From positions 1-64,000 of the IMG/VR virus record IMGVR_UViG_3300005193_000001: DNA of 64,000 nucleotides; one strand, 5' to 3'. Below, in pieces: positions 55,640 to 64,000 of the stretch. Numbering within the stretch: position 1 is the stretch's first letter; each line of letters opens with the position of its first letter. The position numbers and the translations under genes are program-made. The DNA comes from an uncultured virus (IMG/VR IMGVR_UViG_3300005193_000001) (lineage: Duplodnaviria > Heunggongvirae > Uroviricota > Caudoviricetes). The notes beneath the pieces were generated by a model. The model saw only the letters and a list, made by a program, of their open reading frames with translations. It did no database searches and had not been told where the DNA came from.

Positions 55640-56136
55640 GGTCTGGGATTCGCTGGATGATCGGGGTTCCAGTAAACGTTCATCAAGTCTTCTTTGGAAA
55701 GGATAGGAACGATGAAATACCGTTCTTGCTCCTGTAACCCCACGACTCGTTTAATGGCATCGTCAGGCTCCGACATGTCGGTTCTACCATCGTGAGAATG
55801 CGTTTCAACCCCTACCTTATGGGCAACTTCGTTTGCAAAATAGAACCGGGGTTCCAACACCCTGAAAGAAAAGAAATCGTCGAGGTCGTAGAGTTGCAAA
55901 CGAACCAGTTGATCGCTTTCAGAATCGGGAGACAAGACGTCGGCCCAAAAATCTACGAGATTCGAAATCTCCTCTATTCGCTTAGAGCCTTCTACGTCCT
56001 TCTCCAGCAGAGTTTCTATCTGCTCCGAAATAGACTCAACAGCGTGATGGGAGGTCCGGTAGATATCCCGGACCTCCCCCACGGTGTCCCAAAATTCGGA
56101 CTTCTCGACTTTGTAACCTTGATAGACTAAAGACAT
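55636..56136 (-). CDS. hypothetical protein
   Basis: ORF in the operon. Confidence 0.55.
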   Translation of the reverse strand: MSLVYQGYKVEKSEFWDTVGEVRDIYRTSHHAVESISEQIETLLEKDVEGSKRIEEISNLVDFWADVLSPDSESDQLVRLQLYDLDDFFSFRVLEPRFYFANEVAHKVGVETHSHDGRTDMSEPDDAIKRVVGLQEQERYFIVPILSKEDLMNVYWNPDHPANPRP

Positions 56137-56139
56137 AGC

Positions 56140-56430
56140 CTACCCGTTGATGAGCCGGAACTGGTCGCAACCCGCGCTCTTCGGTCCGTTGTCAATCCGC
56201 TCAAAGACGGTATTGGTTTCTGGAGACGAAGGATAAGGCTTGTCCGACTTAGCAGCCAGCGTCGTGTTCAACGACTGGTACTTCTGATCTGTGTTGAACT
56301 CCGCCAGATCGGTGTCGATCATTTCCGACAGAATCTGTCCCGTCGTCATGGGACGATTCCCGTGGAGGACGAGAACCTCCTCGGCAGCTTCGGCGTGTGT
56401 CATGGTGTCGCTAGAAACGGCAGTACTCAC
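56140..56430 (-). CDS. HARE-HTH-like winged-helix protein
   Basis: MT.AEAA.EVL....RPMT..QI...I...L..F.T...SL...L pattern. Confidence 0.55.
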   Translation of the reverse strand: MSTAVSSDTMTHAEAAEEVLVLHGNRPMTTGQILSEMIDTDLAEFNTDQKYQSLNTTLAAKSDKPYPSSPETNTVFERIDNGPKSAGCDQFRLING

Positions 56431-56469
56431 GGTACTAGTGATGGTTTGTTAAAAAGAATGAACATCCTG

Positions 56470-56497
56470 TTAAACGTAAAGGGAACGGTCTTGTTCC
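56470..56497 (-). promoter_or_regulatory. GGAAC-N16-CGTTTAA promoter
   Basis: Exact match to the repeated motif. Confidence 0.65.
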
Positions 56498-56501
56498 ACC
56501 T

Positions 56502-57071
56502 TTACAAAAGCTTCACATCGCTGGATGAAGGAACGATGTAGTACCCTTCGCCTTCAATCCCTCGGATAAGAGACCCGTATTCACCAAGCTTTTTTCGGAT
56601 CCCCTCGATATGAACGTCAAGGTGATTGTCTTCAAAGCCACTAATATAGTTCACCTTTTCTTCCACGAACTCAGCGTCGATTGGCTCCGGAGAATCGTCA
56701 ACAAGAGCACGGAGAATGTCGAACTCGACGTCCAAGAATCCCAAATCTTCTCCATCAACGTGAACAGTCTTGGCACCGTCAAAAATGTTGAACGGAAAAT
56801 CCTTCTCGCCGGGATCGATGATGAAAACCACGTCATTCACAACGTCGTTAGCTTCGGAAACGTACTCCAGAAGCTCGTCCATGTTGCGTGCTCGGGAGAC
56901 GAATTGGCCACCCTTTAGACGCAACATTGTCTTGATCTTTCGCAACACGTCGCCTCTGTCTTCATAGTCTACGGTGGAAACCATGGTCTCGGCTTTCCCG
57001 GACTTCATGTAGGCGACAAGAAAGACGAGGTCCTTCTTGCTAAGAGAATGCGTAACTGTGAGTTCGTGCAT
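56502..57071 (-). CDS. protein with C-terminal OmpR/PhoB-type winged-helix domain
   Basis: EFDILRALV...LDVHI.GIRKKLG....I..I.GEGY. Confidence 0.75.
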   Translation of the reverse strand: MHELTVTHSLSKKDLVFLVAYMKSGKAETMVSTVDYEDRGDVLRKIKTMLRLKGGQFVSRARNMDELLEYVSEANDVVNDVVFIIDPGEKDFPFNIFDGAKTVHVDGEDLGFLDVEFDILRALVDDSPEPIDAEFVEEKVNYISGFEDNHLDVHIEGIRKKLGEYGSLIRGIEGEGYYIVPSSSDVKLL

Positions 57072-57082
57072 TAAAAAGGTCT

Positions 57083-57526
57083 TTATTCCATAGAGTAAAG
57101 TTGCTTCTTGATGCTTCTCGCCCCCATCTTCACCTTGTAGACGGGTTTAGTTTTAGTGATCGTTTCCGTTTCGGGACGCAGAAATTCGGGAAGATCCGCC
57201 GTCACAGCCTCCAAAAACAGCAATCTTTCTTCGGTGAAGTCGGTTTCTTCGGTTCTCGAACCTTGATGAAGAACCATATCGACCCTGTAAGTACCGCCAT
57301 CCACATGGAAGCAATTCTCTTGCATCAACACCCGGCGAACTCGGGCTTCCGGAACTACCAGCCTCTGGAAGCCCTCGTTCCATCTGGAATAGGTGAAAGT
57401 GTCCCGGACCTCGAAGGTCTGCTCAGTTAGGACTCCATTTGGGTCGTTGTCGAGCAAGCACCTGAACTTCTGAACCTTCAAGGTCCGATCTTCCGGGACT
57501 AAAACTTCGGGCATACTGCTATACAA
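57083..57526 (-). CDS. hypothetical protein
   Basis: ORF in the operon. Confidence 0.5.
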   Translation of the reverse strand: MYSSMPEVLVPEDRTLKVQKFRCLLDNDPNGVLTEQTFEVRDTFTYSRWNEGFQRLVVPEARVRRVLMQENCFHVDGGTYRVDMVLHQGSRTEETDFTEERLLFLEAVTADLPEFLRPETETITKTKPVYKVKMGARSIKKQLYSME

Positions 57527-57539
57527 AAATTAAAGGGTT

Positions 57540-57878
57540 TTATCGATCACCGTTAGCGATATCCGCAAGCTGCTGCGAATACTTCATCATCGCATCACGA
57601 GCCGCACTGATCTGGTTGTCAGTGAGGTAGTGCTTACCGTACTTGTCTCGGTTCTCCACCACCTGCTCCGCGATGCTCGTCAAGAAGTTGGCATCGCTGC
57701 TGCTAAAGCCGACGTTGTTACGATTCGTAGTGGACTTGGTGCGCTTCTCGGACTCGGTCTGCTTGTCGTAAATCGTGGTCAGACCACCGATCAACCAACG
57801 GTCGCTCTCCTGCATACGCTCTTCGATATCTTCGCGTGTCCACTCTTCGATCTCGTCTTGACTGCGAGAATAGCTCAT
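57540..57878 (-). CDS. conserved phage early protein
   Basis: IY.KQT..E.....T...N.VGF...DA.FLTSIA...KY..QL; downstream of a promoter motif. Confidence 0.65.
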   Translation of the reverse strand: MSYSRSQDEIEEWTREDIEERMQESDRWLIGGLTTIYDKQTESEKRTKSTTNRNNVGFSSSDANFLTSIAEQVVENRDKYGKHYLTDNQISAARDAMMKYSQQLADIANGDR

Positions 57879-57917
57879 GGGCTTCGGGTTGGTTGGTGAA
57901 AAAGCCTCTTCACCCAA

Positions 57918-57945
57918 TTAAACCAAACCGAAGCCGGGGGGTTCC
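57918..57945 (-). promoter_or_regulatory. GGAAC-N16-GGTTTAA promoter
   Basis: Match to the repeated motif. Confidence 0.6.
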
Positions 57946-57960
57946 AGAAGTCTACAATCT

Positions 57961-58920
57961 TCATACGCGCTTCACAGGATCTTCGTACATTGAAGATGCA
58001 CGTGAGCATCGAAGAGAAGATCCTCCGATCTCTAGACTAATATCCTCGGAATCGGAAGGTTGTTCCTCCAATAGCTCCCTAACGTGGGAGCCGTGGGGCC
58101 TCTGGACTTCACAGTCGATCATATCGAACCTGTCGTCGTTCAAAACTTCCCTCTTGTTGACTGTGCTTTCGTCGTACTCTTCGTAAAGCGCCATGACTTG
58201 ATCTCGAAGACGAATCTCGGCATCTACGAAGTTTCTAAGCCTTCGTGAAGCCATGAACCATTCGCTAATAAACCTACCTTCACTCTCACGACCGTCACCT
58301 ATTCCAGGATTCTTGATTTGCCTGAGACCCCTGAACATGCAGTGAAGCTTGCTCTCCATATGCCGAGACATAGGCACGGTATGTTTTAGCCTCACCGTAT
58401 TTCGAAAGTCTCTGAGTCTATCGTCGGGGGTTCTTCCCCTGTTGCTAACTTCACCGATCTTCGCTTGATGTTCCGAGTTCTTGTGGTCTTCCATGAAGTA
58501 AACGTAACCCCAAGGATCGTCTTTAACAATCTCGAAATAGGTACCTCGGTCAAACACCATGATTTCGGCCCAATCTTCCTTCCGGCTAGTAGCGGAAGCA
58601 ACGAGATCTTCATGGGGCTCGTGCTTCAAGTCCGGTTTTTCGTCTCTGTTACGGAGGTTATACTTGCCCGGATTTGGCCCTTGGGTATTGGGTTGGGGAA
58701 CTTCTCCGATCTTCACCAACGTTCCCTCTCCTTCAAGGTTTTGAACCCCGGAAGCAACTGGGTCCGTCATGTCGTGCTTATTAGTTTCATACCAATTATT
58801 TTCTAAGACAACGTTGGCGACTTCTTCGTAACTGTAGCTTTCTTTTCCTTTAGTTCTGTTAAGATGCTTGAACGCTAGAATAATAGCTTGATCCTTCTTC
58901 ATAGACTCCTGTGTTCTCAT
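57961..58920 (-). CDS. GIY-YIG-like (T5orf172/MUG113) nuclease-domain protein
   Basis: GYVYFM....KIG...R...E.KLH..F...R...EWF. Confidence 0.65.
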   Translation of the reverse strand: MRTQESMKKDQAIILAFKHLNRTKGKESYSYEEVANVVLENNWYETNKHDMTDPVASGVQNLEGEGTLVKIGEVPQPNTQGPNPGKYNLRNRDEKPDLKHEPHEDLVASATSRKEDWAEIMVFDRGTYFEIVKDDPWGYVYFMEDHKNSEHQAKIGEVSNRGRTPDDRLRDFRNTVRLKHTVPMSRHMESKLHCMFRGLRQIKNPGIGDGRESEGRFISEWFMASRRLRNFVDAEIRLRDQVMALYEEYDESTVNKREVLNDDRFDMIDCEVQRPHGSHVRELLEEQPSDSEDISLEIGGSSLRCSRASSMYEDPVKRV

Positions 58921-59312
58921 CGTTAAACAATATATTAATTAATAATATGACTGAAATATACGAGCACGTGACGTGCACGAAGCAAGGAGTCAAAGCAAGA
59001 TAGATCTGAGCTTCGCTTTGAGCTCTCTCGCGTTAGAGACTTCGGAATCGCGAATTATGCCCAAGTGGGTGTCGTCTTCGAAATCTTGAATCTCCACCCA
59101 AGCGGGATAAAATATGGCGTCAAAAACGACATTCGCGTCCCCGGTGTACCACATTTGCATGATCTCATCGGGGTCCGTCGAATCAGCGGGTTCCATCTGG
59201 GCGCTTTCGAGAATACTGAAATCGTCGTCTGCACCCACTAGACTCGTGAAATGTAGTTGCATTCGTTGAATATAAGTCCACTGAAAAGAAACTACTCTTG
59301 TTGGTGGTGGAC

Positions 59313-59585
59313 TTATGTTCGGACACGCTTCGGAGCCCGGTCCCACTTGTCCTTAGATCGCATCCACGTAGAGGCTCGCTTGCGGTTGCCCGTTGCTACG
59401 TTAACCACAGACTCGTGACGCTCGACGAGCCCCAAGACTTCTTCCTCGTCTCCGACAACGTGGAACGGGTAACTGTCGGACATGAAGCCGTCGTTTTCCT
59501 CGACTTCGGAATCGTAGCCCTTGAAGTCCAAAAATTCGACGATACGATCAGCTTCGCGGCGACTTTTGGCTTTCTTGTAAACCAT
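59313..59585 (-). CDS. hypothetical early protein
   Basis: AGGAG just before ATG; promoter motif at 59626-59667. Confidence 0.55.
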   Translation of the reverse strand: MVYKKAKSRREADRIVEFLDFKGYDSEVEENDGFMSDSYPFHVVGDEEEVLGLVERHESVVNVATGNRKRASTWMRSKDKWDRAPKRVRT

Positions 59586-59625
59586 GAGCTCCTGTGGTTG
59601 GTGGAAAAGCTATCGTCTCACCAAC

Positions 59626-59667
59626 TTGAACAAAAGAAACACACGGATGTTCCCGAAGGCTTGTTAA
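59626..59667 (-). promoter_or_regulatory. TTAACA-AGCCTTCG-GGAAC-N16-TGTTCAA promoter
   Basis: Extended motif match. Confidence 0.6.
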
Positions 59668-59682
59668 GCCTCTATGAAGAAA

Positions 59683-60387
59683 CTACCAATCGTGCACCTG
59701 AACTCCGGGAGACGGGTCATCGACGTTCCTCCACTTGTCTATGTCTTCGGAGTCTTCCCATTCGGAAAACAAGTCTTCGAGAAAGGTGTCGATATCGTTG
59801 GTAATATCAATCCTGGAGGGCACGTTGCCGGGTCTTGCGGAACTGCCAACATCAACGTAGTCTGAAATGTTCTCTTGGAGCCTGTCCATAAGATCCGTGC
59901 TCATCCCTTCGAACTCGGAACCCCCGAGAAGAAGAGCAGCATCGGAAGTCCAGTAGTAGCCCTTCACAAGCTGACCTCCGAAAGTGTCCCAGATCTTCTC
60001 TTTACAGCTTCCGCCACCGTCTTGATTCTTAATCTCCCACAGACCGTTATAGAAAGGCTCTCCTTGCGATCCCGGAAGATAAAGGTGGCCGTCGTGTCGG
60101 CAATAAGAGTCCGTGATCTCGTTCTTAGCGTGAACGAAAGGCTCCTGTTCCACATAGACCGGGCAACCCCATTTTCTCGTCTTCAAGTCTTCGAAGGGGA
60201 TAAGTTCTCCGCCGTAGGTCTCAATCGCTCTTTCGTTCAGAGGATTGCTCTTCGTGGGAGCTTCTTTCGCAGTTCGGTGATCAATCTTGATAAAGCTAAC
60301 ACCGAGACGCCGAAGATGATGAGTAACAAGGTCTCCTACTTCCTGCTCCTTCTTCTCTCCGTTCTCGTTCTTGCAATGTACTGGCAT
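59683..60387 (-). CDS. hypothetical protein
   Basis: Promoter motif at 60415-60458. Confidence 0.55.
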   Translation of the reverse strand: MPVHCKNENGEKKEQEVGDLVTHHLRRLGVSFIKIDHRTAKEAPTKSNPLNERAIETYGGELIPFEDLKTRKWGCPVYVEQEPFVHAKNEITDSYCRHDGHLYLPGSQGEPFYNGLWEIKNQDGGGSCKEKIWDTFGGQLVKGYYWTSDAALLLGGSEFEGMSTDLMDRLQENISDYVDVGSSARPGNVPSRIDITNDIDTFLEDLFSEWEDSEDIDKWRNVDDPSPGVQVHDW

Positions 60388-60454
60388 ATATAACTGAATC
60401 TTGGTTCGCCCCCACTAACAATCACGGCGGACTTCAGGTTCCACGAAGCTTCTG

Positions 60455-60631
60455 TTAAGACGAAGCTTCCCTGTAGGCGTTCCAGAGCTTCATGTTCCGG
60501 TCTCTAACCTTATCGGCAAGCCTCTGAAACTCTTCATCAGACCCGGAATCGTCGAGGAAGAGGAGAGTCTCTACTACAATTCTTTCTTCTGAGTCTAACT
60601 CACTGTCTGTCTTGGATCGCTTACTTAACAT
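60455..60631 (-). CDS. hypothetical protein
   Basis: Small ORF. Confidence 0.4.
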   Translation of the reverse strand: MLSKRSKTDSELDSEERIVVETLLFLDDSGSDEEFQRLADKVRDRNMKLWNAYREASS

Positions 60632-60734
60632 GTTAATCAATTGCTTTCGGAGTTCAAAATAACGTTTTTGTTATGTACACTTCGAAAACAAACCACGAAA
60701 GCAAATCGTTCCGACCTACACAGAGTCTTGACGT

Positions 60735-60779
60735 TTAACAGAGTCTTCATGGAACGGCGGGGATAAAAGACGAGTTGAA
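60735..60779 (+). promoter_or_regulatory. TTAACAGAGTCTTCAT-GGAAC-N17-AGTTGAA promoter
   Basis: Extended motif on the plus strand upstream of the sole plus-strand gene. Confidence 0.6.
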
Positions 60780-60817
60780 CTAAAGCGCATTAGCTCAAAA
60801 CCACCGACCCCAAACTC

Positions 60818-61315
60818 ATGCATTCAGAAACGCAAAGAGCCCTCGATCTTATCAAGGATAAAGCGGCGGAAGACGAAGAGCCGATAGCCTTGTACGAGAA
60901 CTTCAAGTCAGGCATCGACTACGAGTACACGATGCGCCCGGACGAGTGGCAAGAACTCACTTCTCCTTCAGGACTTGAGGCCATGTACGACAAGTTGGCG
61001 GTAGCAGAGCCGAACGGGGATCTTCACATGAGCCTCAACGATCCCATTGAAGAAGTTGACGAGCGTGCGGACACCAACGTGTTTGCGCTTCAAACGCAGG
61101 TAAGAGACGATATGGAGTACAAAGACGTGGAGTCCGCAAAAGACATAGAAGAGGGAGAAAAGGTGCACATAAAGCACGAAGATGACACCGTGACAAAAGA
61201 AGAGGTGAAAGAAGTCCGAGAATTGACCTTAGAGACAGACAGCGGGTCTTATTCTCGCAAGACAGGAGGCGGTTGGGGGCCGATCAAATCAAAGATAGTG
61301 GTCCCGGAGAACTGA
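60818..61315 (+). CDS. hypothetical acidic protein (only credible plus-strand gene)
   Basis: Acidic composition like the true genes; own promoter; no competing minus-strand gene. Confidence 0.7.
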   Translation: MHSETQRALDLIKDKAAEDEEPIALYENFKSGIDYEYTMRPDEWQELTSPSGLEAMYDKLAVAEPNGDLHMSLNDPIEEVDERADTNVFALQTQVRDDMEYKDVESAKDIEEGEKVHIKHEDDTVTKEEVKEVRELTLETDSGSYSRKTGGGWGPIKSKIVVPEN

Positions 61316-61738
61316 CTTGACGTTCTCTCGAATTACCTCCCTCAATTCAGTAATGGAATCAAAATACGTGTTCGCCGCCCGACGAACCCTTTCTACCGTG
61401 TCTTCTCCGTTCTGGTGAGTTATGTCTTCAACTTCATCGCGGTTCGAAGACAGGTAGGGGAATTCGTCGGTGGCGGACCACGTTACTGAAATATCTTCAT
61501 CTACGGGCACCGGACGGGGTGTAACGTTGATGGAGAAAAAGCCGTTGTTAAGGTTGAACTTTATTCTCCAACTTAGCTGTTCAGTCTTTCCGTACCAGCG
61601 CTTTAGTGCTCCAGAATATCCTCTTCTCGCTTCTTCAAGAGCATCCTGGATTTCGATAGCTGCCCGTTTTTTGGCATCGTCGCTGGCGTCTTCGGTCCAG
61701 ACTCCTTTTCTACCGACCGGGATATAATCGAGTGACAT
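61289..61738 (-). CDS. hypothetical protein with a C-terminal leader-like helix
   Basis: Ends ITELREVIRENVKSVLRD. Confidence 0.55.
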   Translation of the reverse strand: MSLDYIPVGRKGVWTEDASDDAKKRAAIEIQDALEEARRGYSGALKRWYGKTEQLSWRIKFNLNNGFFSINVTPRPVPVDEDISVTWSATDEFPYLSSNRDEVEDITHQNGEDTVERVRRAANTYFDSITELREVIRENVKSVLRDHYL

Positions 61739-61752
61739 TTAATTATCCGTTA

Positions 61753-62250
61753 TTAAGTGGCGGGCTGAGCGGACTGCACGTCACCATTAACGAGTACCTC
61801 CTTGTCTCCGGTAGACTCGTTAACTCCAATGGCTTCAACCCTTGCCTCGTTGTATCCGCCGTCTTCAATGTAGGGCGAAGATCCTCCTTGCCCGACAACG
61901 GCAACGGCAGGCTCGTCCTGATCGGTCTTGGAACCTTCAGCCTCAAGCTGAACGTCGTTGGAGCCGATCCTGACTACCTTTACTTCAAATCGCTTTTCGC
62001 GACCGTTGGGATCCGGGTAATCGTTCTGAATTGTGAGGGTTACGTTTCCGCCAGCGGCATCCGTGTCAACGAGAAGGATAGACCCCACGTCGCTGCACGC
62101 AACGTTGTAACTGGTGCTCTCAACGCGAGTTACACCGTAACTGGCTCTGTTCTGATCGACTGTAATACCAAGCTCGGGACTCTGAGAAAAAGAGAACTTC
62201 TGGTCAGTCGTAGCAGAGTTTCCGTGAATAGGGCTAGAATTAGTGGACAT
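61753..62250 (-). CDS. virion structural/decoration protein, paralog of 62309..62710
   Basis: IHGNS.TTD, LLVDTD.AGG.V, terminal VL..GD. Confidence 0.6.
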   Translation of the reverse strand: MSTNSSPIHGNSATTDQKFSFSQSPELGITVDQNRASYGVTRVESTSYNVACSDVGSILLVDTDAAGGNVTLTIQNDYPDPNGREKRFEVKVVRIGSNDVQLEAEGSKTDQDEPAVAVVGQGGSSPYIEDGGYNEARVEAIGVNESTGDKEVLVNGDVQSAQPAT

Positions 62251-62308
62251 AAAGTGTTAAGTTATTCGTAAATTACGAGTAACGGTTGGCTATTGGTGAA
62301 AAGTTCCT

Positions 62309-62710
62309 TTAATCGAGATCTCCGAAAATAAGAACTTCACCGTCCACAAGGTGGCGAACGGTGGCGTGACCATTTGCTTGAGAAACCTGTTGCTGGGAAC
62401 CATCGACGACGAAAATCGAAGCGCCGTTAATTCCGGAAAAAGTAACGGTTCCACTTCCGTTGTTCACAACTTGAACCTTGAAGTGCTCGGGAAGTGGGAA
62501 GTTCTCGGCATCCACAGACACGTCAACGTCTCCACCATCGGTGTCAACGAGAAAGGTGGAAAGCTTGTCCTCCGGGGTGATAGTAAAACCACTAGAAACC
62601 TGCACCACGCCATCGGTAGGGGTGGCTGGCGTAGAAGAGACGCCGCCTTGATCACTTCTAGTAATGTTTCTGCGTACGTCCGTGGTAGAAGAATTTCCGT
62701 GAATGAACAT
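62309..62710 (-). CDS. virion structural/decoration protein
   Basis: IHGNSSTTD, FLVDTDGGDV, VVNNGSGTVTF, VLIFGDL. Confidence 0.6.
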   Translation of the reverse strand: MFIHGNSSTTDVRRNITRSDQGGVSSTPATPTDGVVQVSSGFTITPEDKLSTFLVDTDGGDVDVSVDAENFPLPEHFKVQVVNNGSGTVTFSGINGASIFVVDGSQQQVSQANGHATVRHLVDGEVLIFGDLD

Positions 62711-62759
62711 AATAGTTGTTTCTGGTTACGTTTGTTTTGTAAATATCAGTCAGAGCGCT

Positions 62760-62957
62760 TTATTCGTCGTTAACTTGTTCCCACTGGCCGTCGTAGTTTT
62801 TTCCGCCCCACTTTTCTTCGTCTCCCTTGTCAAGGGCCTCCTTGGGGCTCGTGGACTCTGCGTCTTCGTCCACCCAATCTACAAGCTCGTGACTGAGAAA
62901 GCTAACTCCCTTCTGTTGATTCAAATACTTGTGAAAGTCACTCGGTTCACGACTCAT
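62760..62957 (-). CDS. hypothetical protein
   Basis: Small ORF after the sheath gene. Confidence 0.45.
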   Translation of the reverse strand: MSREPSDFHKYLNQQKGVSFLSHELVDWVDEDAESTSPKEALDKGDEEKWGGKNYDGQWEQVNDE

Positions 62958-63028
62958 GATAATAGGATAATTTTATCTGAGGCTATGTCGATCCAGTTGC
63001 CTTTTATCACTCATTAGTAATTATTGGA

Positions 63029-64000
63029 TTAAATGTTTTCAAATTCCGCACCAGTCGGTAGAAGGTTGAACTGGATGCTAACGAATTCCGCCGTACGTGT
63101 GGGCTGGAGGAAAATCTGTCCTCGGAGTTCGTTTCTGTCAATAACCTCTGGTGGGTTATTGTCCGCGTTCATTTCTACCCTAAAGGCAAAGAGACCCTGC
63201 TGCTGCTGAATGTTTTCGAGGAAGGGGTTCACGATGTTCTTGAACCTGTTCCTCGTAGCGGGTACGTTCTGCTCGAATACCAAGAATCGACTGGTGGAAG
63301 CAACGAACTTCTTAACGTTAATGAGCAACCTCCTGACGTTCACCCTGTCGAGAGCGGAAGGAGCGACTTGAAGCGTCTTCTGCCCGAAGACCACAGTACC
63401 CTGTCCTTGGAACTCCGCAATTGGGTTCACGCGGTTGCTGTAAAGCTCGTCGCGCTCGTCCTTGCGGAGCCTAAGAACGGGCTCAATGACCTCGGGGATT
63501 CCTCCACGCTCAAGACCAGCGGGTGCGAACCACTCTGCCGAATTCCTGTCGCTGAACGCGTACACTCTCGGAATTACGGCGCTGGGTGGAACTTCTCTCT
63601 GCCTTCCCGTATCCCGGTCTCTAACTCGGACCCAAGGGAAGTAAGATGCAGCGTAGTTGGTATCGAGAGTCTGAATGGAATTCGTAGCCTCCTGAATCGT
63701 AGCATCCGGCCCAACGGGATCGAAGACGTAAAATACGTCGCCTCGGGCTTCCACCATATCGATACCGCTCTGAACAACGGTCTGGTGCTTGTCGTAAATT
63801 ACCCCAGGAGTAGCAAGCAAGTTAATGTCGAACCTGTCGTCGTTGGAGAGAATCCGGAAGGCGTCCCTGTAGGACTCGGCTCCGGGAGCGTTGTATCCGG
63901 AAAGATCGAGTCCCTGAGAGTTGCCCGAAGTGATGTCCTCGCCAAGAGCAACGGGAGTCGTTGGGTCCTGACCATCGAATCCGCCCTGGAAAGCTACTGC
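63029..64000 (-). CDS. contractile tail sheath protein (gp18-like), 3' part; runs off the right edge
   Basis: FQGGFDG, YFPWV, VPPS, WFAPAG..RG, RVNPI, FGQKTLQ...SALDRVNVRRLL, FEQN...TR..F, P.RTAEF. Confidence 0.95.
   Translation of the reverse strand, partial: AVAFQGGFDGQDPTTPVALGEDITSGNSQGLDLSGYNAPGAESYRDAFRILSNDDRFDINLLATPGVIYDKHQTVVQSGIDMVEARGDVFYVFDPVGPDATIQEATNSIQTLDTNYAASYFPWVRVRDRDTGRQREVPPSAVIPRVYAFSDRNSAEWFAPAGLERGGIPEVIEPVLRLRKDERDELYSNRVNPIAEFQGQGTVVFGQKTLQVAPSALDRVNVRRLLINVKKFVASTSRFLVFEQNVPATRNRFKNIVNPFLENIQQQQGLFAFRVEMNADNNPPEVIDRNELRGQIFLQPTRTAEFVSIQFNLLPTGAEFENI

Noticed and set aside
7..60393. Numerous long plus-strand ORFs (e.g. 12223..13560, 39502..40743, 25402..26331)
   Set aside because: Antisense shadows of clear minus-strand genes, with no motifs and atypical composition

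Overview
A 64-kb segment of a large T4-like myovirus genome, with almost all real genes on the minus strand. The proteome is very acidic (D/E-rich), which suggests a salt-in halophilic bacterial host; a Salinibacter/Rhodothermota-type host with similarity to phage RM378 is inferred, not shown. From right to left: partial tail sheath; an early/accessory island with a repeated GGAAC-N16-GTT promoter; a tRNA-like RNA followed by a 521-nt tmRNA with a 35-aa tag; tail tube; about 10 unrelated small proteins sharing an N-terminal amphipathic leader that ends in (I/L/V)-x-E; a gp26/gp51-like pair joined by a T9 slippery site; tape measure; a baseplate protein with about 30 tandem 16-17-aa repeats; other baseplate genes; a PolA-like polymerase; IF1; SSB; UvsX; a 5'-3' exonuclease; an intein-containing helicase; class II RNR; an Acb1/57B-like 2H phosphoesterase; a family B polymerase that appears to start at ATT; clamp and clamp loader; a nuclease; DnaJ; and a partial tail fibre. 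The most notable observations are the leader-tagged putative capsid-cargo array and a translation-control set (long-tag tmRNA, D-stemless tRNA-like RNA, divergent IF1, AUU-initiated polymerase). All calls come from reading motifs by eye, with no database search.
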